Part shown: in pieces, positions 51,613 to 64,000 of the stretch
Layout of the letters: each line of letters starts with the position of its first letter
How positions within the stretch are numbered: the first letter of the stretch is position 1
Assembly (NCBI RefSeq): GCF_009914755.1
Contig: NC_060936.1
Direction: 5' to 3' (one strand)
DNA length: 64,000 nucleotides
Origin: the human T2T-CHM13v2.0 reference genome, Homo sapiens
Notes under the pieces: model-generated
What the model was told of the DNA's origin: nothing
What the model saw: the letters and a program-made list of their open reading frames with translations, nothing else
Databases searched by the model: none
Made by a program: the position numbers and the translations under genes

Positions 51613-51704
51613 CTAAAAGAAAAAGGAAGGTCAAAAAAAGTAAGCTGTAACAATATTTTTGTAAGTGATAATTGGGAAAAATACTTAAAAGCCTACTATT
51701 TTAC

Positions 51705-51892
51705 CGGTAAAATGGAATAGTGATATACGATTAATTTATAAAACAAATGATGCAATATGGGCCAATCGTATATGCAAAGCAAATATTCATCATAAAAGAA
51801 TATGACTAGAAGCTACTTTTCATGGCGCTATTTTCATTTTCATGTTTTCAGTAGAATTTTAAAAATCCCTTTTCAGTAATAGAAGTGATACT
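51705..51892 (-). pseudogene. Putative pseudo-exon, 188 bp, phase 0 start, 3 in-frame stops
   Basis: ggctttatgttAG|AGT...CCG|GTAAAA; SITSITEKGFLKFY*KHENENSAMKSSF*SYSFMMNICFAYTIGPYCIICFIN*SYITIPFY; phase matches the upstream 53818 donor. Confidence 0.4.
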
Positions 51893-52146
51893 CTAACATA
51901 AAGCCATAAATGCACTCCCAACATTGAATTCTAGTTATCTGCTTCTGTGTTTTTCCCTCCCTGCACTGTGAGCTACAGAACATAGAGAAGACCATATCCT
52001 ACTCAACCTCATATCTCAGGTGCTAAGCACTGTGCCTGACCGAAGGAGCACTCGATGGATGTTTATCTAATAAAGTAAGAAAGGAAGAACAGCACACATC
52101 CAAAAATATTAAGCTGTTTCTATCTTCCTTGACAAAACAACCTTAT

Positions 52147-53076
<930 letters not shown>

Positions 53077-53817
53077 GGAGAGAGGACCGGAATTGGAAAA
53101 CTAAGCCTGTGGTTTAAAGGTAAGGGACATTGCTAAATAATGTAAGACCCAGTTCTTGCAGGGCATTAAATTATTCTCTGTAAAAAGAGCTTACAGCCTT
53201 AGAGAAAAAAATTCATGAACTATAGCTCTGGAACTATGAGTCCAGGACCCAGGAAGCCTGGTCTTTAGTCCAAGCTCAGTAGTTAACCTGTGTGATTCAG
53301 ACAGTTGCTCAATCTCCCCGAGCTTCAACTTGACCTAACGATGATTTCTGTCATCTCCCCTCCACTTGCGCAGTCTATTCCTGCAGTGATGGTGTCATAC
53401 CAGCCCATGGAACAGTGCCCATCAAACAAGGTACTTGTCAGTATTTACGTTTTTTTCCAGTGGTTAGTCATTTAAAGAATTATTTTGCATTACTAAAGCA
53501 TGGATGCATGTATACTAATCCCTGGAACAAAAATGAGCATTTACTAAGTACCAAGCAGTCTGCTTAGCACTTTGCAGGTTTAAACTTCACAACTGGAAGT
53601 GGGCCAGAGGAGTTGAGTACCTTTCCCAAAGTCACACAGCTTGTGGATTATTAATTTGGGACTCTGAACTCAGGCTTTTCTGCCTGCAAAGGCCATGTTC
53701 TGAACCACTAGGCTGCATTGGAACAGAATACAGAACTTGCATAAAACATAAGAATTCTAAGAATTTTGTGGAAATGTTTAAGAAATCCTGACAGAATGGG
53801 ATCTTTTATAAATTCAC

Positions 53818-54032
53818 ATTTCTCATTCCATCCATCCTGAATAGTGAAATCACTGATTTGGCTTTTCTCAATCTGTAACATCCCAAATCCCAATAAGTAT
53901 TGCCTTGTTCATCAACACAAAGTTTGCACATACTTCGTGCAAAATTTAGTTCTGTTACTAAATCGAACTCATGAGAAGTTTTAATCCAGAATCTCAAAGT
54001 TCCTAATATGTTATCAGAGAAGATTTCGTACC
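53818..54032 (-). pseudogene. Putative pseudo-exon, 215 bp, phase 1->0
   Basis: tttgtttctattAG|GG...AAT|GTGAAT; 71 open codons YEIFSDNILGTLRFWIKTSHEFDLVTELNFARSMCKLCVDEQGNTYWDLGCYRLRKAKSVISLFRMDGMRN. Confidence 0.55.
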
Positions 54033-55175
54033 CTAATAGAAACAAATTATTCATTATTCATATGTGCTTGAAAGTACTAATTGTGAGTGCTTTGAAGAGA
54101 AATTATCAAAAATATGTGGACTGTTTAAGTCAGACAACCAAAGAAAAAAACATAGTTTTGTGATTTGCCAAATTTGGCCCATTCGTTTAAGGCAGCCCAG
54201 GAATAGATTTAAACACATACACACACGAGCCAGCTGAAATTAATGTATATATATGTATATATTTAATGGGCTGATTTCTGGCCCTCTTATAGGATTCCCA
54301 AGAAGATAAGAAAAATAATTGCGTTCCTTAAGATAGAAAATGTGGATAAAATGGTAATGGCTTGCATAAAGCAAAGTTTAAATTTCTCTGTGGCTATAAC
54401 TACTAATGAGCTGCTAATAGTAAAGGATATCTGTGTGTGAAAGCACATTCACAGGGTAAAACATTATATGTGCATAAGTTGTCATTACTGTTTAAGAAAA
54501 AGCCAAGTTTGGTGGGTAAAAAATAAAAGATGGCTCACTGAGCTTTGAAACATGAGATAGGGCCAGAATAGCAATAGTAGCTGTCTACATAGAGCATAAT
54601 AAGTTCTTGAAAGCAAGAAAATCAGTTGAAAATCTGTTGATCTCAACTTTATTTTAAGTTTAAAGAGTATAAGTGTGATTATCATTTGCATTATTACAGC
54701 TCTTCTGTTCTCTGGTCTTGGGATGATTACAGAGATTGTCCTTTTATTCTCACAGTGCACAGACTAGCTGAAATCTACAGAACTAGAAAGATTTGCAATT
54801 CATTTATAGAATTGCTAGAACTAAATAATGGCAGATTTTTCAAAGTTATGTAATAGACTACTCTGGATTATAAAATACTAAAGCTATCAGTTGGGTTCTG
54901 CCTTGATTCTATTAAATTTCCCGGTAATGACTGTACTAAAACTCATGGGGAACTGCAAGATAACTTTATTGATGGCCATAGAGGATGAAAACAATGCATA
55001 AGGTATGGAATTAATTTTAAGCCACACACTGAATAGACAGTGATGTAAAGTAAAATGATATTTTTCAAGGAAAGACAATTATGTCACATTATAATCCAGT
55101 TTACATAAATAGCATACTATTAAAAAAAGCTAAGTCTTCAGAGCATGTAATTCAGGACTGTTGTGAAACCTCTTA

Positions 55176-55835
<660 letters not shown>

Positions 55836-56032
55836 TGTAGTCATGCACTGGGACCTTCTGTAGTCATGCATTTTCTCTCTCTCTTTTTTTTCTGATTCAT
55901 TATTTCCTTTTCTTTTTCATCTTGGTATTTGTAGGGAAAGTGATATTCCTCTCCCCGAAATCATATTATTCCAGACAAAAGAAAACAAATGCCTACACTT
56001 ATCTAATCAATCAGAAGACCATCTCCCCCACC

Positions 56033-56857
<825 letters not shown>

Positions 56858-56959
56858 GCGGTTTGTAAACTGTAACACCTTGCACAGAAACACAAGATTA
56901 CTACTATTAAATATTATTTAGAAAAGTAGAGTTCTTCTTACCATTTCCCTGTTTCTTTC

Positions 56960-57300
56960 TTCTCACTTCCTCCTTTCCCCTTCTGACCATCTTTTCAGCC
57001 GTGAACATACCACACCAGCAAGAACAATAAGAGCCAAGGGTCTGAATTGTTTAATCAAAGGAAGAGTCAAAATAAGCTACACCCAGATTACTGAGAAAGG
57101 TGAAATGAAAACAAGCTCAAAACCAAATTCCAGGAAGATGCTGTCTTTGTATTGACTTACCATTTCATGTTTTCACACATGTCAAAGTCTTGAAGCTTCG
57201 GTCATTAGTCTTCCGCTTCCTAAAGCAAGAAACTAAATGCTGACTTGTGTCGTTTGCCCCAGATGCCACCGGAAATGTCATCTTCTCCCCAGACGCTGGC
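56960..57300. promoter_or_regulatory. Candidate bidirectional, TATA-less ETS/RUNX-type promoter
   Basis: CACTTCCTC 56964-56972, ACCACA 57009-57014, tandem ETS CTTCCGCTTCCT 57210-57221, ACCGGAAAT 57268-57276; donors point outward on both strands; repeat-free. Confidence 0.55.
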
Positions 57301-57466
57301 TTGCAAGCACAGCAGCACCCAGAGGCTAACCTATTTCCCCTATAGCCCAAGCTCTGAGATCTCCCGTCTGGTCACAATGATCTACAGGAGAGGAAGAAAG
57401 CTATCTAGGGACGAGATCTAGAATCAACTGAGAGAGATGCTTAAAAATCACCAGTTACTTTAATGA
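56999..57466 (+). other. PCED1B: Non-coding (5'UTR) exon of PCED1B, 468 bp; CDS lies downstream outside the window
   Basis: Long polypyrimidine tract ending cttttcAG at 56997-56998; donor TGA|GTAAGT at 57467. Distance from MIR4698 and exon length agree with my recollection of the PCED1B structure. Confidence 0.75.
57161..57232 (-). ncRNA. PCED1B-AS1: First exon of antisense lncRNA PCED1B-AS1 (5' end approximate)
   Basis: Consensus minus-strand donor ATG|GTAAGT at 57161/57160 next to an ETS-motif cluster. TSS position is recalled, not derivable from sequence. Confidence 0.6.
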
Positions 57467-57896
57467 GTAAGTACTTTTCAGTTTTTCCATTTTATCTGAA
57501 ACTTTAAGTTGGCATTTCTGACCAGCCTTTCTTGAGACCATCATTTTTTGGGCACTTACTGTAGACAGGAATCAGCACCCTAGCCTCCTTCAGCCCACCC
57601 CATGTAACACTAAAGAGACAACTGGTGCTTGGCAATAACAAAAATATTAGTGATTGATAAACTTGTAAATTTATTAAAATGGACAGTGAAAGAAAACAGC
57701 CAATTTAGTTGTGAACTGGAGAAGGGACGTGAGGCATCTGTTGTCTGCAATCTTGTATGTTGTGGTTGACCACAAAGGCTTGGCATCAGGTTTTACTTCC
57801 AGCACTACTTCTTATAAAATGGATGACCTTGGGCAGATTACTCAATCTTTTAGCCTTAATTTTTAAAAGTATAAAATGGAGAAAATTAGAATATGT

Positions 57897-58243
57897 AGTC
57901 CAGGTGCGGTGGCCCACACCCGTAATCCAAGCACTTTGGAAGGCTGAGGCAGGTGGATTATTTGAGTCTAAGTTCAAGACCAGCCTGGACAACATGATGA
58001 AACCCTGTCTCTAAAAAAAACTATAAAAATTAGCCAGGCATGGTGGCACAGGCCTGTAGTCCCAGCTACTAGGGAGGCTGAAGTGGGAGGATTGATTGAG
58101 CCTGCAGAGTTGCTGCAGTGAGCCATGATTTCGCCACTGAATTCCAACTTGGGCAACAGAGTGAGACAAGAAAGAAACAGAGAGAGAGAGAGAGACAGAG
58201 AAAGAAGAAAAAAAAAGAAAGAAAGAAAGAAAGAAAAAGAAAG

Positions 58244-58290
<47 letters not shown>

Positions 58291-58645
58291 AGAAAGAGAA
58301 AGAGAGAAAAGAAAAGGAAAGAAAGAAAGAAAATAATTTCTTAGGTTGTTTTTGTTTTTGTTTTTTTGTGATGGAGTCTCACTCTGCTGCTCAGGCTGGA
58401 GTGCAGTGGTGCTATCTCTGCTCACCGCAACCTCCGCCTCCCAAGTTCAAGCAATTCTTGTGCCTCAGCCTCCCAAGTAGCTGGGATTACAGGCACGCGA
58501 CACCACTCCCAGCTAATTTTTATATTTTTACTAGAGACAGGGTTTCACCATGTTGGCCAGGCTGATCTTGAACTCCAGACCTCAGGTGATCCGACCGTCT
58601 TGGCCTCCCAAAGTGTTGGGATTACAGGCATGAGCTACCGCGCCC
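57897..58645. mobile_element. Convergent Alu pair: AluJ(+) 57897-58167 with (GA/GAAA)n tail to 58333; AluS(-) 58344-58645
   Basis: Alu consensus and a purine microsatellite. Confidence 0.9.
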
Positions 58646-59259
58646 TTCTTAGAGTTCTTAAGAAGAATAAAGAGATAAACTGGTAAAACATGTAAATACT
58701 TTTTGGAGGGTATGCTAAATAATGCCACTAAATAATTAATGTTGCTAAATAATAAGTTAAATGCTTCATTTAACTGGAAATCTCCCTTAACCACTAAGCC
58801 CACTTTCCAGATATGCTAAGGTGGCTCAGAATAACAATAGCAGCGAACATCTGTAGAGTTTACACAGCATTTCATTTGATTTCCACAATTAACTCTAAGG
58901 TAGGCAGTGCAGAGCTGTTGACTTATTTTTGGAGCTGGAGGAGAAGAGAGAAGCGAGAGCTCGGCTGGACACGGCAGCAGGGAGAAAAACCCCTAGGTCC
59001 GTTGTTGGCACTGAAGTGGGGAAAACCATGGCCTGGGGAAAGGCCTAATGTGAGAAGTTAGTCGGTGTGCATAGGCAGTATGACATTCATTTCACCAGCA
59101 CAAGATTCTTGTTCCTCAGCTTCCTTAGTCCCTGGACCTTGCTTGTCCTTTCTTCCGCTCCAAGCCGTAGAGCTTGAAACTGGCAAGTCCTCAGTTGCAC
59201 TGCCAACAGGCAAAGCAGTGGGAACTCAAGTTTCCAGAATCCTCTACAACATAGTGTGA

Positions 59260-59933
<674 letters not shown>

Positions 59934-60703
59934 GTTTCTTTTTCCATAGAAACACTATTACACATAGAATTTAAATACTACAAAAATGGTAACAATAATG
60001 ATAGCAACAATAATAAAATAATGTCCATTTTTAAAACTCTTTTGGGTAATCCCTTCAGAGAAGCATAGGTGCTATTTCCCCCATTTAAGAAGTAAAAAAC
60101 TAAGTAGCACAAAGATAAAGTAAGCATTAGAGGTGGAAGAAATCCAGGCCTGCTGACTCAACCCTAGATTCCTGTTACTGAGTAAATGGACTTTTGTAGC
60201 TAGTCCTGGAGCAGAATTGTCACAATCCAACCTGTTCATCAGTTGAAAGCACTCGTCATTATTAGCTCTCCAATCGCCCTTGTTTTTCATCCATGGGAAC
60301 TTTTAATTCAGCCACTGGTTGGAATCTAGAGTAGTCAGCATAAGCCTAAACATTTGAAACACAAATATAGCTTTAGTGCAGCACTGGGTTTTCCATCGGC
60401 TTTTAAGAAGACTAGCTAACAGAGTGATGAAAATCGAACTAAGTTATTTCACACCTGCTTTGTTTTCTCATGGAAAAATTTAAAGCTGTGCACAAAATAT
60501 TGTTTTGTTTTTCAACAGAGAATAACAAGGAAAGCTACATGCAAATATTTCTTTCTAGATAATATGATTTTTTTTCTTCTTAATTTAAACAAGTATTTAT
60601 AGCTGAGATTAAAAGCTCAGGCTTTGGAGCCATACTTCTTCCTAAAGAAACAAAAGGAAACCTTAAGCTTATCTAATTATTCAGAAGATTCACTGTCAAT
60701 AAT

Positions 60704-61380
60704 GGGTGTGGTGGCATGAGCCTAAAGTCCCAACTACCTAGGAGGCTGAGGAGGGAGGATTGATTGAGCCTGGGAGGTTGAAGCTGCAGTGAGCCGTGAT
60801 CATGCCCCTGTACTCCCAGGTGACCAAGGGAGACACTGCCTCAAAAAAAAAAAAAAAAAAAAAGAAGAAGAAGAAGAAGATACATTGTCAAAAGAATAGT
60901 TCTGCCATTTACTAGCTGGGCAACCTTAGGCAATTTATTTATTTATTTTTAATTTATTTTTTGAGACAGAGTCTCATTCTATTGTCCAAGCTGGAGTGCA
61001 GTGGCGCGATCTTGGCTCACTGCAACCTCTGCCTCCCGGGTTCAAGCAATTCTCTTGCCTCGGCCTCCTGAATAGCTGGGATTACAGGTGTGTGCCATGA
61101 CACCAGGCTAATTTTTGTATTTTTAGTAGAGACTGGGTTTCACCATGTTGATCAGGCTGGTCTCAAACTCCTGACCTCAGGTGATCCACCCACCTCGGCC
61201 TCCCAAAGTGCTGGGATTACAGGCGTGAGCCACTATGCCCAGCCAACCTTAGGCAATTTATATAACCTCTCCATGCCTCAGTTTACTTATCTATAAAATG
61301 GAGATAATAATACTTCCTCCTTCACCGGGTTGTGAGAATGGAATAGGCCTGGCACAAAGTGAGTGCTCAGTGAGTGCCGA
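60704..61380. mobile_element. Alu right monomer(+) 60704-60879; MIR(+) interrupted by AluS(-) 60933-61244
   Basis: TSD CAACCTTAGGCAATTTA on both sides of the AluS. Confidence 0.85.
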
Positions 61381-62110
61381 TGATTACTAGGCACAGGCAC
61401 TGGGCCCTGAGGGGTACAAGGATGGGTGAGACCCACTTCTGCCATCCAGAACTAGCATAGAGTGGGATAGAATGGCACATGGGCAGTTAATTATAGAACA
61501 AAACAGAACCAAAGGTTAAGTAGAGGCATCCCTCAGAGGAAGGAGAGATTTTTCTATCTAGGAGAGTAGGGAAGGCTCTCTGACAAAATTGTCTTTTAAC
61601 GTGAGTCTTAATGAAGGAGCAGAATTTCAGTAACAGGAAAGGGTTGGGGAACATTCAAAGGTGAGTCACAGAGACAAACATAAAGACATGAGAAAAGGCC
61701 CTCTGGGCTTATACAAACCCTATGGTTCCCTGCGGGCTTTCAGAAGATCCCAAGAAGAAAGGATCATATCCCAAGACATAAAAAGTTTACAGAATGCAAA
61801 ATGTTGGAATTATTCTAACATATTAAATGAATTTGAAACTTTAAAACCTAGATGATGAAGTTTTATGTAAGAAAACATATAAAATTAAAACTATACCAAT
61901 TAAAAAATAATGTTTTAATCAAAGACAAACTTTTTAAGGACTAAGAAAAATTGGGGGAAAGTAAAATATTTAACCGTAAAACTGAAAACAAATGTGACAT
62001 TGATCACTGTGCTCAGCTTCCCAAAATATATATTGCAACATTCCCCTCCTCCCTAAGCTATATCTTCAAAATATATATATTGTTTCCAATATTTGTTAGA
62101 CATCAAAATT

Positions 62111-63259
<1,149 letters not shown>

Positions 63260-63349
63260 CTACCTCCTACCCCTCCAACCCCAGATAACTTTATTCTCTC
63301 TACCTGAATATGTCTGAAACTCAGGAGACAGGTCTGGGCTAGAGACAAA

Positions 63350-63600
63350 GATAATAGCTACATTCACTGAGCACTTAGAAATGTGGCGGTGTCATGCTAA
63401 TAACTTTACATGTGTTCATTTAACCCTCACTTGTTAGGAAAACTGCAGTAATATTGTTCCCATTTTATTGATGAGGTTTCTTCAGGGCAGAGGGGTTGCT
63501 TAATAGGCCCAGGGACTCAAGGGCTAGTAAGCAGTGGAGCAGGATCTAAACCCAGGGGGCCAACCCCAGAGCCCCTCCCTCTCAGCCAGTGTGCTTTATT
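63350..63600 (-). mobile_element. MIR
   Basis: CCCATTTTATTGATGAGG...GGGCTAGTAAGCAGTGGAGCAGGATCTAAACCCAGG. Confidence 0.7.
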
Positions 63601-64000
63601 GCCCCAATTCTCAGTCATCTGCATACAAATGGGAATTGATAAGGGGATGGTCCGTTGTAACCATCCAAACCAGGACTCTTAAGGGTTTGGGGTGCTACTA
63701 ATCATTCTGGGGAAACAGGCAGAAACCAGAACTGTTTGGGGCAAATAGGGACATAGGGTTACCTCATTTCCTGACACTCTGAAAATGGGTGGACACACGA
63801 GGATAAGAATGTTGAAGAAGAGAAGAAAAGAGCCCTTCAGTGGGCCTTGAGAAAGACCTGGAAGGGAGGGAGAAATAAGAAAAAGAGAGAGAGAGAGAGA
63901 AAGACCAACATTTGGGGAACTGCCAGAGAAAGAGAAACCCTCAAAAGATACTAGGGAAAGACAGGATACAAGGGTGTCACAAATACGTGGACTTGAGGGC

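Noticed and set aside
58069-58565. K/E/R-rich and F/L/S-rich ORFs (also 12552-12758)
   Set aside because: Translations of microsatellites and Alu tails.

Overview
Repeat-dense human/primate genomic DNA with no intact protein-coding exon. Nearly all ORFs in the track are Alu-, L1-, LTR- or microsatellite-derived. An 80-nt hairpin at 28588-28667 matches my recollection of MIR4698. That would place the window in the long introns of PCED1B (chr12q13.11, + strand), with a 468-bp 5'UTR exon at 56999-57466 overlapped by the first exon of the antisense lncRNA PCED1B-AS1. Locus identity is from memory, not a database search. The most interesting signal is on the minus strand. Most repeat-free islands between ~5.9 and ~57.2 kb contain an AG...GT-bounded, exon-like segment with an open or nearly open frame, and several consecutive segments are phase-compatible. 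This looks like a decayed multi-exon protein-coding gene (candidate unitary pseudogene), with weak, memory-based resemblance to the RGS22/RGSL1 family. Its 5' stub may survive as PCED1B-AS1, ending at an LTR8 poly(A) signal. Its last visible exon is cut at a ~100-bp inverted-duplication junction. This model is inference and needs tblastn/synteny testing. Repeat subfamily names and some boundaries are approximate.
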